Both the position numbers and the translations under genes were made by a program. A stretch of 61,858 bases of DNA, counting the filler, from Asterionella formosa (lineage: Eukaryota), in the NCBI GenBank assembly GCA_002256025.1. It is 14 parts of 14 records of this genome, joined end to end, with 100 filler letters (N's around TTAATTAATTAA, not from the genome) between each part and the next. Parts side by side here need not be neighbours in the genome. Positions count along the whole stretch, not along the records: positions 22,189 to 26,524 come from NKIB01013591.1; positions 26,625 to 30,956 come from NKIB01013592.1; positions 31,057 to 35,384 come from NKIB01013593.1; 11 more parts are not named here. One strand, written 5' to 3'. A model generated the notes under the pieces. It did not search any database and was not told the DNA's origin. It saw only the letters and a program-made list of their open reading frames with translations. Numbering within the stretch: the first letter of the stretch is position 1; each line of letters begins with the position of its first letter. This document shows positions 22,640 to 35,484 of the stretch, piece by piece.

Positions 22640-23800
22640 ACGTTCTTTTATAGTGTATATGCATACATATAGAGATGAACAATCTATATCTATATATTTA
22701 GCGAATTCGAAAAGGAATTTATGCATGTATGCGCAAATTTCAACTGATTTGAATATTTCAAATAAAATCAATTCAAAAATGGCTTTTTTTTAGGGTTGAA
22801 ATGCAGTAACCTTGATCTTCCTGATCTATTATTATATATTTAGCGGATTCGAAAAGAAATCTATGCATGTACGCGCAAATTTCAACCGGTTTGAATATAT
22901 CAAAGGAGTCAAGTCATTCAAAATTCTTAGTTCCAGGGAATTTCGGCAGCCCTAATTTTAATTTTAATTTTAGCCTTGGGGTTGAAATGCAGCAACCTTA
23001 AGGCTTAACCCTAGTTTGGAGAAAATATCGTGAGGGTTGCAAAATTGACATGGAACAGGGAATTTTTTTTTGCGTATTCCCATGATGCAAGTATCTGTCA
23101 TTTGAAACCCTAGCTCGAGGTAGCGTTAGAAAAATAACATTGATTCAGACAAATCAAACGCGTACTTTTCAAGTATAAAATAAATATGTATGATGTTCAA
23201 CGGAGCTTTCACGATTAGACACCACCCTTTGCATATGCTTAGTACATACACCAATCTTCTGTCATAATGCATAGGGGTGAAGGTCCACTCTATATACTAT
23301 TTACAGGATAAAGAGGAACTTCGGATGATTGGTAAAATTGAATTGCTTCTTACCTCCATTTGATTGGCCTGATTTGCAGGGCTTTGCAAACTTACACATG
23401 CCACATTGGATGCACATGTATTATTTTTAGGGGTGTTTGCCGGTATAGTACTGTATTCACTGTTATTAGCTGATCATCATTGATCATCTGCATACCAGCA
23501 CTAGAATGCACATTCAAATGTTTGACAACCCGCTGGGTCATATGACACATATTTGTTGATCATAGTATAAGGGTATACATACATTGAGTGATTTAGAATG
23601 TTTTTATATATATATATATATATTTAGCAAATTCGAAAAGGAATCTATGCATGTACGCGCAAATTTCCACTGATAAAAATATTCAAATGGAATCACATCA
23701 TTCAAAAATAGCTATAATACAATTTTTAATTCGAGGGAATTATGGCAACCCTAAGCAATATTTTAATTTTCACCTAGGGTTTCAAATGCAGCAACCTTAA
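22640..23800. mobile_element. Cluster of Kolobok-like element ends (three right-end copies, one left-end copy)
   Basis: TATATATTTAGC.AATTCGAAAAG...GGGTT(G)AAATGCAG(C)AACCTT(AA) ends near 22813, 23001 and 23800. A left-end segment GGCTTAACCCTAGTTTGGAGAAAA starts at 23002. Confidence 0.65.
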
Positions 23801-23959
23801 GCTAGTTTTATTATTTTGTTTATATTTGAACTCGTCATCATCATTCATTGCATTGCTGAAAATATCTTCAGTCTTTATAAGGTAAAAAACAACCATGAAT
23901 ATATTTAAACCTTTTAATCGTAGGGTTAAAAACATAAATTTTTTACATCATTAGTACAA

Positions 23960-25131
23960 CAGCCAAGCCTCATGCTTGCTCTAAGAATCACCATTGGGTC
24001 ATTACAAGAGTATGGATTCTGATGCCAGTGTTGAAATGGTGATTAAGGTAGGAGTGGATAACCATCAAGTCTTCTACACTACAATGGTTTGTTTTGATGA
24101 CAATTCCACTATAAGAGCTAACTGCAAATGGTCTTTTCAAGATTTAAAGGCTTCAAAATTCATTGTTTGAATGGCAAAAAAGTAACAATATTGCAAAAAA
24201 GGCAAACCATGTATGGCCTTCAATTACATGTGAAAGAGCCGGTTTTTTTATCCAATCCCTCCCACCACCGAGTGCACGTTTTACTTCGTCCCTGCTTCTT
24301 GATGTCTCGAGGCCCAAAATGCGATGCAAAATTGACAAAAAGCGACTGCCGGCGACTGAAAATCTATTATGGATTCTTCATTAAAAAAAATCGACATAAA
24401 ACATTTGAAGATTTTCATGCAGCATCAATGGCGACAATCCGCCAATTTTTTGAGAGTCGTGAGCACTGTAATCTTGAATGGTGTCCTGCAAAAGCAAAGG
24501 AAAGAGTTAGTACAGGAAAATATCGGAATATTGACGACAACAAGGAAATGTTCGATTGGTAAATTGAAAATGTTGGAAAAAGGACGACGGAAGGCGAGAA
24601 GTTCAAATCATTACGTCACCCATTTGATACACAAATGAATGAGGCGATGAACTATACTGTTTGCAACGCATTGTCCAAAAATTAAAGTGGTTGGTGGCTC
24701 CTGAAGCCTGCTCTATCGAGTAGGGTCAGCGTTAGGACAGCAGAGGACACAAGGCGCTGATAAATACATGTCAGATATATGTGAAATGTTGGGGATGACA
24801 ATGTCAACCCCACAACAATTCTTTTGGAGTCTATGGCAAAGAAAGCGATCAAATGATTCCCGAATACAAGAAAATCCCACAAGCAAAAAGCAAACGAAGC
24901 AATGCGATGCATAGTGCACGATTTGAAACAGTTAAACAAGAAAAGACCGACAAGAAAAGAGGAAGAACTTACGAATCATGTATAGCAGTCATCATACATG
25001 CTGAAGGATTTGTTCAACCTCCAGCTGCAAAGAAATGCAAACATTGCGGACTTACCGATCATTTGAGAAGGACAAATGCACGATGTCTATACAACAACTG
25101 CAAAAATGCACCAAGCACCTCTTTGTGTTGA
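23960..25131 (+). pseudogene. Frameshifted Kolobok-type ('Mutator-like') DDE transposase
   Basis: Fragments across frames: CSKNH...MDSDASVEMV...FDDNSTIRAN, FLSNPSHHR, EHCNLEWCPAK, HPFDTQMNEAMN...CPK and C-terminal KCKHCGLTDHLRRTNARC. TTAA-flanked ends lie next to it. Confidence 0.65.
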
Positions 25132-25487
25132 ACTTGTACATGAAACTACTGGTAGTGCTGATTTTACTGATGCATCTACTACTACATGTGGTTTAAGTGT
25201 GACTGGTGAGATTTTAACAGACCAGGATACTCAAGGCAATTTGGAGCAAGTGAGTTAATTCAATTCAGCCAATCAGAATATGATTAGTGATGTGGGAATT
25301 TACTATGGAGTCTTTTCGGCAAGAGAATAGTGCAGACATATACACCTACATAAGAATCCTATGTGTACAAAGACGTTTTCGTACATACAAACAATACTGA
25401 TTCCAATACTTTGGCAACTATTGAAAAAGCCAATTGGGTCGACTTTTCGGAGGATAATTGCTCTACTACTGCGGGATTTCATAAAGA

Positions 25488-25640
25488 TTAAAATAGATAG
25501 CCGTGTATTACCTTCATAACAGCCAACTCATAATGCACAATTTGTGCATTAATGGCAAGGTACTTCTTGAACTCGGGATATTTTTCAAGCACAGCATGAT
25601 CAAATATTTCATATACTTGCTTGCAGGGATCGTCTGTGAA
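25488..25640 (-). pseudogene. Possible hAT-like transposase C-terminal fragment
   Basis: VYEIFDHAVLEKYPEFKKYLAINAQIVHYELAVMKVIHG resembles the 'LFD..YP..YL...A.IV..FE.AV.K' segment of stramenopile hAT-like transposases (recalled, not searched). Confidence 0.35.
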
Positions 25641-25673
25641 TAGATTTTCCATTAGATCTAACGTTTTACTCAG

Positions 25674-26524
25674 CATACGATAAAAAACTGATTGATTATT
25701 CAAATATTTTGACATGTTGATGATAATTTTTATATATCAACGGCCGTATCTGTATGATCAATCAAATTTGTACATTAGGTTACATACGATAAAAAACTGA
25801 TTGATTATTCAAATATTTTGACATGTTGATGATAATTTTTATATATCAACGGCCGTATCTGTATGATCAATCAAATTTGTACATTAGGTTACAAGCATAC
25901 ACATGTTAGGTTATGAGTTTATAAGAACTCGTATATATTAGTTACCAAATCTAATCGGCTATCCAAAATTGTTGATATATTGATCAAATGTTTTGTTATG
26001 TTGATGATGATTTTGATATATCAATGACCGTGTCGGTGTGGTAAATCAAATTTGTTTGTCAGATTATTTTCTTACACATGTCAGGTTACGCATAGATTGT
26101 TCAACAAATGCACATGGCTTGTAAGAAATTCGATTACTGATATGCGAATGGAGAGAAAATGACGAATACTACCGGTACAAGAATTGGATCAAAGCATGTA
26201 CCGGTAGAGCATTGAAATCGGAATGGCATCAAGGAACGCACCGTTGTTGCACAGATTTCATTCTGATAGCATCGTCGGGTACAAGGTTTACATACACGTA
26301 AGGTGATCTGTGTAAAGTCATAACCTTCCTCGCTAAAACCATAATTGATCAAAGAGCAACAGCTATTGATCAATCAAACAACGTATCAATATATCAAAGC
26401 ATTTGGTTAGCAGATTAGTTTTGATAACTAATATATATGACTTCTATCTATGCGTAACCTGACATGTGTAAGAAAATAATCTGACAAACAAATTTGATTT
26501 ACCACACCGACACGGTCATTGATA
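25674..26524. repeat. 109-bp tandem duplication (25674-25893) plus 79-bp perfect inverted repeat (26019-26097 / 26446-26524)
   Basis: Read directly from the sequence. Confidence 0.9.
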
Positions 26525-26624
26525 NNNNNNNNNNNNNNNNNNNNNNNNNNNNNNNNNNNNNNNNNNNNTTAATTAATTAANNNNNNNNNNNNNNNNNNNN
26601 NNNNNNNNNNNNNNNNNNNNNNNN

Positions 26625-27150
26625 TCTTACCAGCTTAGTAAAATAGTTGACAACGCTTTGGTGTTCCTGTTGTAAATTTCCCACATCATAGCTCTCTTTA
26701 CTAAACCAGGCAATGTAGCAGAGCATCCCTTCGAATAGACCTTGAAAGTTTCGAATTTCTTGATTGGTCATACCACTTTCTTCTTCTCGGCAGATTTTGA
26801 TTCCAGCATCACATGCCATGACAACACAGGCAATAAGCATCACTCCGATTCTTTCGTTAGCAGTTATTTTCGTTTTGCAACCATGAAAGCCGAAATTGAA
26901 GGAACAATGAGGAAGGTCTCGGTCACTCTGGTGAAGGAAGAGTTTAGATATTTTGTTGAACAACTGGTCAAACAGTTTTCGATTGGAATGATCATATAAG
27001 AATATAGCTCCATGAGGTGATCCATTATTCCCTCTTGAATGGAATGGAGTTTTTCAGGAGGAACGTGCCCATTAACATCAAGAGGATCGCCACCAAAACA
27101 CAACTGATACCAAAAGGGATAGATGAATCTTTGGCTCACATTATCCAATA
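26625..27150 (-). pseudogene. Plavaka/CMC-like transposase fragment, frameshifted
   Basis: LCFGGDPLDVNGHVPPEKLHSIQEGIM and HQSDRDLPHCSF...KITANERIGV resemble the P.E.LH...G and QSDR..PR motifs of Plavaka-like transposases. Confidence 0.5.
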
Positions 27151-27640
27151 AATCTTTTATGCCCCGGACTAATAGTTCCTCGTGGGTTATGAATTACACC
27201 AATTGAATGGCCTAAATAATTAGTTGTAACGGACGTAGAAAATATTGATGCAAACAAATTTCAGAAACAGTATCTGTACATCACACACAGTCGTGGAAAA
27301 CAATGGATGTATCGTTCATTGAATATTTTCGAATTATCTAAATGCAAATATGATCATCTCAACAATACCAGACATTCCATATTGAGAGTGCCTTTGATTT
27401 TTATGAATTTACGACCCTTGATATATTTATATATTTACAAATTTTATAACTATATATATGGCAAATATATTTGAAATCGTTCTTTCATGTTAACAAACAA
27501 TGCCTGCTTCATGAAAAGAAATATCGTAGAACAGCATATGACAAGGAAAGTTTACGCAATAACGAAAAACATTGTGGCTTCGACACGTTGCGCCTTCTAA
27601 GGGCGGATGGAGTATGTTTAAGGTAATGAAGCCATCATAT

Positions 27641-28693
27641 GTGGTTCTTGGATGACAATCGTTGGGAGGCAGGACAACAACAAATTGTAAACTAAATGCA
27701 CGTTTACTTTCTTCTCAGTTGATTCAACAGCTTGTTTCGCTTGTTGGGGAGAATTGGTAAGTGCTCTTGTCGTTGGACCAATTCACTTCTGTTTGAACAT
27801 AACTGACGGACATGTTTACCTTCTCTCAAAGTTAAGCTAATGAAAATGAATCGGTAAGTTTTATTCGACAACATTGGATACCTGAAACTTAATTATTCAA
27901 GAATTTACTGACAATAATGTATTACAGCCATATGCATCAGTGGCTTTGATTTGTAGTAAGTGAAGCAAGAGGATACGATGGAATGGCGTGATCTTGTGTC
28001 AGTGTAACATGACTAGCTAACAAGTCATTCCTTCTCATTGTTACTGTAACTGCATAGGAAAATACAACCAATCAAACAACGGAATAGTCGGCGAGTTGAG
28101 AATGACACAAACAGCAGGGAAAGAGACACAACATTATTTAGGCACTGCTTGGCACAGGATTTAGAATAGAGGAAGAAATGGCGAGACAGGAACAATATAC
28201 ATTGAGCCGAGTAGAGAGAGAAATGTTGGGTTGCTGGCCTGTAGAATCATAGATAGCATTGCTAAATTCGATTGTTAATTTACGATCCATTTTAATCTAT
28301 TTTGAACAATGCTTGTGATTAGAGTTATGATCATGTTTAAGATAGATTTGCGATAAAAAAATTCACATGATAGCATAGAGTTGAGCTGGTTTTAGGATGC
28401 ATTGTAGTAATAATTTACATCGGGCGATCATGACAAGTGAAAAAATATGAGAAGGTTATGATATTGATGAGAAATGTTGTTGATCAGTTGATATACATTG
28501 TGTGATGATAATGTCTCTTTGCTTATTATCATTATACTTCAAGGTTGGTAAAATATTAATAGATCATCACAGTTATAGAATACCTTCTTGATCATAGTTT
28601 TGATCCAAAACTTATCATATATACGAAAATCCTGTGCCACATAGCGAATGATTCCCTTGATCCTGTATGCATGATACTTTTTATTTGCAAACG
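27641..28693 (-). mobile_element. About 1-kb copy of the CGTCTGCAAA-terminus element, inverted relative to 46670-47557
   Basis: Colinear reverse-complement similarity (e.g. GGTAAGTTTTATTCGACAACATTGGATACC, TGTAACATGACTAGCTAACAA, AACAACGGAATAGTCGGCGAGTT). Ends TTTATTTGCAAACG. Confidence 0.8.
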
Positions 28694-29633
28694 CTTCAAG
28701 GTCTCCAAGTCACTTCCCACCTCAACATAACCACTCAGCAGACCTACCACAAACCTAAGCAGTATGCTTATTTCTTAAAACGCCATGGCTGGACAGCTGC
28801 TATCTCCGACACAGTAGCCTGGGAATCCTCTTCGAATGCTACAAACACCTCTCCTACGGCCGTAAACTTGCCATGTTCAAACTCATCAATGGCCAATGGC
28901 CAACCCAAGCCATTCTCCACCGCCATGGAAAATCCTCCACCCCACTCTGCCCTCGCTGCTCCACTCTTTCCGAAGACCATGACCACGTGCTGTGCTGCCC
29001 AACTGCCAGCCCCTTTCGCTCCGCCATATGGCACACTGTTGCCTCTCATCTCAAAACCAAACTAAAACCACCTTTTCACATTTTACTTGCTCTAAGCCAT
29101 GGACTTACTTCCTGGGAGAACGGCGGCTGATGCTACACCCACATGGCCATTACCCTCACCTCTCCCTACAGACGCTCTCCAATTGACAATTCACCAAGCC
29201 TATGCACAACAAACTGCACTGGGCTGGAATCACCTCACACAAGGCCATTTATCTCTCTCCTGGGGCATTGCTATGACCACCTACCACACCATCAAATTTC
29301 CCGGCAAGTCTTATAATTTCTCCTATTGGCTAGGTCAACTCATTATTAGCTTCCCTCTGAGCCTATGCAATGGAACAGTGGAATCACCGCAACGATGCTG
29401 TTCATGGCGCCACTTTATCTGCCCAAAAACAACAACAAGTTCATCTCATTTATACCCAGCTTACTACATCTTACCAAAATCAATCTCTTGTCCCTTCCAA
29501 CAAATGCGGCCATCTATTTGGCCTGCCTCTTTCACTCAGATTGACTCACTCCCTCTCTGCCATGACAGCATGGTTAGCTATGTATCAAGCTGGTCAACTC
29601 CGCCTTGCATCTCAAATTCACCAAGACAAATGA
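28694..29633 (+). mobile_element. Non-LTR retrotransposon (LINE) 3' ORF remnant, frameshifted
   Basis: FKLINGQWPT...LCPRCSTLSEDHDHVLCC zinc motif, QQTALGWNHLTQGHLS.SW and WNHRNDAVHG, typical of the post-RT region of algal LINEs. Confidence 0.7.
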
Positions 29634-30846
29634 AGTCAAGGGACGATCCGTCAAGCTCTCCCACATAGGCCAGATTCTCCTGTCTAAGCCATTATTTTCG
29701 ACTAGGGCTCCCCATGCCCCAGTGTGACGCAACGATCTCCACATTAGTCGAGCCTCTATAACGCGTTCTTTAAAATTTACTTACCGGTATGTGTATTTAT
29801 GCAAAACAAATATTTTGTTATGCTAAATTTCCAACATACTTCAAGCTACGGGCGGCTACCCGGTTTACTCTGCTGGGCACCCAGCCAGTTTACTTCCACA
29901 ACAAGACGACCAAAAACAATTCACTGCCCCCCCTGACATGGGCCAGCCATCGAGCATAAAGACCACGACTCTAGAAATAGAGTACCGGCACCAGGTACCT
30001 GTAGTATAAGAATGCGTTATAAAAATGTTTCATTTATATATGCACATGTATATATAAAAATACATGAATGTATGATCCTATCGTACCGAACTGGAGTTGT
30101 CACATGTTAATTCTGTCCAAACGATCCATTCCAACGCACTACTATCATCATTTTAAGAGGTAACAGGTACCTTGGACTATCGGAACCGACAATAAGGCAC
30201 GAACCAGCAAGCAAGAATCTGGCCGAATCGAAGCAGTTTGTATGTGGCGGTACCATGTACCTGGTACTAGGTAAATCGAGTACAATCCAGTTCGAGTGAA
30301 ACCTTGATAGCAACTCAACTCTTTTATGCAAGACATCCCAGGACTGCGCGCTACAGCGATCACATGCATTTAACAAGATCACTAATATTCTAAATACAAA
30401 CATGTGATATACGTATCTATGTATATTCAAATTTACAAAAAGTTAGTTGTAAAATGCGATACAATACCTGGTACCAGGTACCTGAGTGCCGGTATGTACA
30501 GGCACGCAGACATGATCCTACCAGGGTGGTACCAAGGACCTGGTACCTGGTACCGGTATACTAACAGGTAGGAGTCACAGGTATCTGGCAGAACGATCCA
30601 CACTGCCTTCTATGATTCTTGATGCATTTACCGGTACCGGTAATTTATATGTACAAGTCCTTATCGTCCGTAAAATACACTCTCAGGCCAATACCGGTAT
30701 ACCGAGTATGCATAAAATATGAGCAAGGAAAACTCATCCCAAAGACAAAAACAAAATTCAGGTCCTGCTTGTTCAACAACAAGATCCTGTCGGTACTCAA
30801 ACTAAGTCTGCTCTCACTCCAAGGTTGCTGGAACATCTTAAGCGAA

Positions 30847-30956
30847 ATGAAGGTGCTTTGCTTTCCCCTTGCGCTGTTGATTGCGCTCTCGTCATGTGCA
30901 AGCATCGTCAATGGACTCAATGCCAATGATACGGATGAATTTACCTACGGAGCAAC
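30847..30956 (+). CDS. 5' end of a secreted protein (truncated by scaffold end)
   Basis: MKVLCFPLALLIALSSCASIVNG signal-peptide-like start, open to the gap. Confidence 0.55.
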
Positions 30957-31079
30957 NNNNNNNNNNNNNNNNNNNNNNNNNNNNNNNNNNNNNNNNNNNN
31001 TTAATTAATTAANNNNNNNNNNNNNNNNNNNNNNNNNNNNNNNNNNNNNNNNNNNNCCCCCCGCCCCCCCCCCCCCCCG

Positions 31080-31134
<55 letters not shown>

Positions 31135-31400
31135 GGTACAATTGTAGCAAGCCAAGCCAGTGTGTGGAAAGCGCTTCTGGCTGGAAGCATGGCTGGAACA
31201 CTGCAGCTGGAACGCAGTGCCAAGAGAGGGAGTTCTATTTCAGGTAATTGTTTCATCAAGCAGTGCCTCTGAGGGGATGGCCTGATCGCTGCACCAGAGG
31301 GGGGGGGGGGGGGAGGGGGGGGGGTTTGGGGCCCCCCGTCACATATAGGTACTAGTATATTCATGCAGCAACATGAGGATTGCTGATGACATTCGCTCAT

Positions 31401-31688
31401 GATGGCGAAATCCTCAGCCTCAGAGGTACTAACAATCTGTGGGTAGCGTGTCTGCTGTGGGGCTATGGTGAGGCTGAATGATTGTGTTCGATTCAAGGCA
31501 TCAGATCAGTGTTCCTGAGTGTAAGAGTTTATCAGGCAGGGATCAAGGCTGTTCTGATCCTTGATGCTGGGGTGGAACTGTGTACGGTTGGTTTCCTTGG
31601 CAAGAATATTGCAGCTCTGAAGAAATCAAGTGACAAGTTTCTCAACAAGTTTGCTCAAGTCATTGAGCTGTATAACTGTAGTGAAAAT
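31401..31688 (+). pseudogene. Degenerate homolog of the small ORF at 1-331, interrupted by a MITE end at 31689
   Basis: DGEILSL...CCGAMVRLNDCVRFK...IKAVLILDAGVELCTVGFLGKNIAALKKSSDKFLNKFAQVIELYNCSEN, with frameshifts. Confidence 0.7.
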
Positions 31689-31777
31689 CATCTAAGCCAC
31701 GTATTATGTGAAGTGACCATCACGTAAATAAGCCTAGTTGATTTTGAATGGATCACATGAATTAGTTGAACACATCA
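31689..31777 (+). mobile_element. End of MITE family CATCTAAGCCGCG
   Basis: About 90 bp nearly identical to 54818-54904. Confidence 0.75.
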
Positions 31778-34774
31778 AAATGCTGACTTGAATTTATCTA
31801 TATATTATCTGAATACATCACATTAATTATTTGATCAGAGTATCATGCATGCATTCCTGATCATCACTATTTTACGTGATCACCTTCACATAATTATTTG
31901 AAATACTTCACGTAATTATTTGAAATACTTCGATTAATTCTGTAATTTAGTTCACATTGCCTTATAATTTTGTTTACGTAATTCTATAATATACACGTAA
32001 TGTATTAAATTTGTTTACGTAAGTTAAAAGAACTATCAAATAATGTATGTTGATTCCTAATTCAACTACTGGTATTTCACATCTACAACTCCGATTATTG
32101 GTACAGCCGCCACAAAAAAAACGCTAGTCAAATATGATCACCCAAATTAAAATTTTGGGTGGCCCACTATGACGAATTGGGCTATATACATAATTTAAGG
32201 GTATGATATCAAATATAAAATGTGATGCATCATAGAACATCTATGATAGGAGTGAAGTATAATATTTTCGACAACTTCCTAAATTTTTTATAAACCCACA
32301 TAAATTTTGGGGCAAACTAACAATATTTTTGTATGGCCGATCAGATAATTTCTGTATCAACAACCGCAATTATTGTTTGCAGCAATCAACTAAAATTTCT
32401 ATGAAGAGCAAAGTAGAATGGGAATGATATTGCGATATTAATTTTGTTGTCATATCATTCAAACTATATTTACATTATTTGACTATAGCTATTGCAACCA
32501 ATAGCTATAGTTTTAAAAATCGCTGAGCAGCATGCCAAGCTGCTCTGCTTGTTGCGTTGGCAACCTTCAATCAATTTTCTAGAAACAATCATCATAACAC
32601 AACCTGTCTTGAAGCAAAGAATTAGCTCCTGTTTCACTACCATCTGGTCCACGGTCATGGATGATTGTTGGATGAGAAGAATTGGTTCCTGCAAGTAGTA
32701 TAGAGATAAATATGTTAGAGTTGCGAAATTGGCTGATTACAATGGCAAAGCGCACAGACCAATCATCTTGGTTCTTACCTTATTTCGTATTGGAGATGTC
32801 AAACAGCATTTTAGTTTCTGATGAACAAGCTAGACAACTTGTGTGAGCGTTTGCAATGAACAAAAGGCAAGGAATAAATGAAACAACAATCAACATCATG
32901 CCAAGATAAGCGCCAGCAAAACAACCTTGACAACGACCTCAATTCGTCGTTGAATCTTGAATTTTCTTTCATGAGAAGCTGTAATTAAGAAAGGAGTAAG
33001 AGCGAGGTGTGAGAAGTAGAAGATCAGAAAGAGTCACAATCATATCAAACTGACCATGCAGAAGCAACCTTCATCATGGCGGTCTCCTTGATTTTGGCAT
33101 GATTTTACAATTTATGTGGCGCAGGATGATGATGAGGATACTAGGGTACTAGTACCATGTACCAGGTACCAGGTGCAAACAAGTCTATAATTAATTAATT
33201 AAATATGGGCGCAGTCAATTGTGCTCATTTCCTAATGAAATGCACCAGACTCCTCTAATAAAACGAACACGCAAACGAAACTGGCGCAGTCTGCAGTGTT
33301 GCACGAGTGTACCAGGTACCATGAGGACCTCCAATTCTACCACCATTCAACAACCAGGTCCCTAGGTATGTTTCCCTGAATAATCCTCAGTCCGAAAAGA
33401 CTCCAGGGTAAGTTCCCGCGTCACTACACATATTCTGATTGGTTGAATTGAATTTATTCACCTTCTTCAGATTCGCTGAAGTATCCCGGTCTTGTAAAAT
33501 CCCGCCAGCCACACGTATTAGATGTACTGAATACTGGTTGGTAAAATCAGTACCGGTACTATCGGTAGTACATCCTGTCCTCCATCATGATGAACCAATA
33601 TTATGTACTACCTGGTGCTCCGAGTACCGAAATACCGTTACTCTGGGACTCCGGTACTGATTTACATACCGGTATATACCTTTGTGCATGGAGTGATATT
33701 GAAACCACATACAGCAACAGAGATTCACTATCAACATATAAACAAGAGCCATGAGCATACATGTTGGCATACTTCTAATTCATATATGTGTTTTGCCGTT
33801 GAGCAAATTATGTCTACACGCAGCAACGATAAAAAAGAATAAACGTTTTTAAAGTGGACATATTTTTCATTTCAGTGCCTGCAAGAGATCTTGTAGTGAA
33901 TTGAGAGCCAACAACATATCTGTTTTGACAATCACAGGAATAGCAATCTTTTAAGACCAAATCCAAAGCAGAAACACGATCTGCATTTCTTTCTGGGATG
34001 TTGGTATTCAGCTCCTCTCTACTCCAAAGGTCTTCGAACTGACCCCTTCCCCTCAGCAGAGACTCCAAATATCCAATGCTTCCTTTCACAGATGGATCGC
34101 CATGATAAAGTAGATATATTTTATTCTGAAGATTTTTGATTGTCATTGTTGGCCCTCCTGATACCTTTTCCAGAACAGCAACAGCAACAGTTTGTTGCAA
34201 CTCCTTTTGCCATGCAGAGGGAGAAAGAGAGCTCTTGGCTGGAAGGGGTGCTGGCACCATGATCGAGGATGCTGATTGTTGGCAATCGACAGATGTTGTT
34301 ATGTTCTTGTTGTTGTTGTGTACCTGGTAATATGCACTTGGAGTATATATTTACGACTCTATATTATATATATACATACTGGTGTGTAGTTGGATGACAA
34401 CAAGACAGCAGCATTGCTCAAATTGCGGGAAAAACTAACTAATTCCCAAATAGGAATCCTAATATTTCATTTATAAAAGTAGTCTAATAGAAATATTTTA
34501 CTTTTTTATAATGGTTTTGTCATCCTACGTCACAGTAGATGGGTGGTTGACAGCATTTAGGATTTCCCAAAAACCGATAGCATCGTTTTTTCGTCAGTTG
34601 ACCAAGACCAAAACCAAAACCAATCTAAAAAAGTTTTTGGGTTTTGGTTTGGGTCAACGGTTAGCAACAGCCTTAAATATCATAATTATTTTTAAATGGA
34701 ACTCTATCAATCTGGCCCCGATTCCTATTTAATTCAAATATTCAAATGGACACTCGAATCATTAGAATTCATAG

Positions 34775-34858
34775 TAGGAAACTCCTTGTTCCACGCCGTT
34801 TTTACAACCCTAGCTACTTTTTCTCCGAACTAGGGTTAAGCCGGGGCCGCAACCTTAA
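34775..34858 (-). mobile_element. Kolobok-like left end (TTAA|GGTTGCGGCCCCGGCTTAACCCTAG)
   Basis: Its reverse complement matches 23002-23065 and 46060-46097. It shares the GGTTGC terminus and TTAA with the right-end copies. Confidence 0.6.
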
Positions 34859-35484
34859 ACCGGGTTTAATTTTTCTACTGGCAAATACTGTTGTAACACG
34901 GTGCTTCCACTAGTATTTTCAGATCAATACCGTGCCAGTATTAAAATGACCCAGTAGACACATACCAGAGGCCTGCAGGAAAATACAACTTGGGTTTAAT
35001 TTTACCAATTACGTACTGGTACCTTTGCTATATAGTTTTAGTATACATGAAAACCGGTCCATCCATAACAAGATGCGATGCCTGGGGAGCATCATTTTAT
35101 TCATGAGATGTCTATATTCATATATCTGTAAGCCTTTAAGCATTACCGTTGTTTACGCTCTACCGGTAGGGAAACTGCCGACCTATATGTTCACAGCATA
35201 AAGCAATTGTTTTACGGACCGGAACATTATTTCATTTTAATACATTCGACATCATCCACTGCAATCATTCATTTCTACATAGCAACACTGTATGTATAGT
35301 AAGAGTACCAGGTATACAAAGTGGATCGTTAGACCAGACTAACTGTAGGCAGTTGTGATTGTACCAACATGGCATCCACAGCAGNNNNNNNNNNNNNNNN
35401 NNNNNNNNNNNNNNNNNNNNNNNNNNNNTTAATTAATTAANNNNNNNNNNNNNNNNNNNNNNNNNNNNNNNNNNNNNNNNNNNN

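Noticed and set aside
31057..31324. About 75-nt poly-C tract and nearby poly-G as G-quadruplex or poly-Gly/Pro ORFs
   Set aside because: The poly-C is at a scaffold edge, where homopolymer length is unreliable; the ORFs are low-complexity artefacts.
32470..33100. Minus-strand region with two plausible GT-AG introns and a hydrophobic stretch
   Set aside because: I could not build a stop-free spliced frame; at most a pseudogene or non-coding transcript.
33814..34260. 148-aa minus-strand ORF
   Set aside because: CpG-depleted with no recognisable motif; probably decayed repeat-derived sequence.
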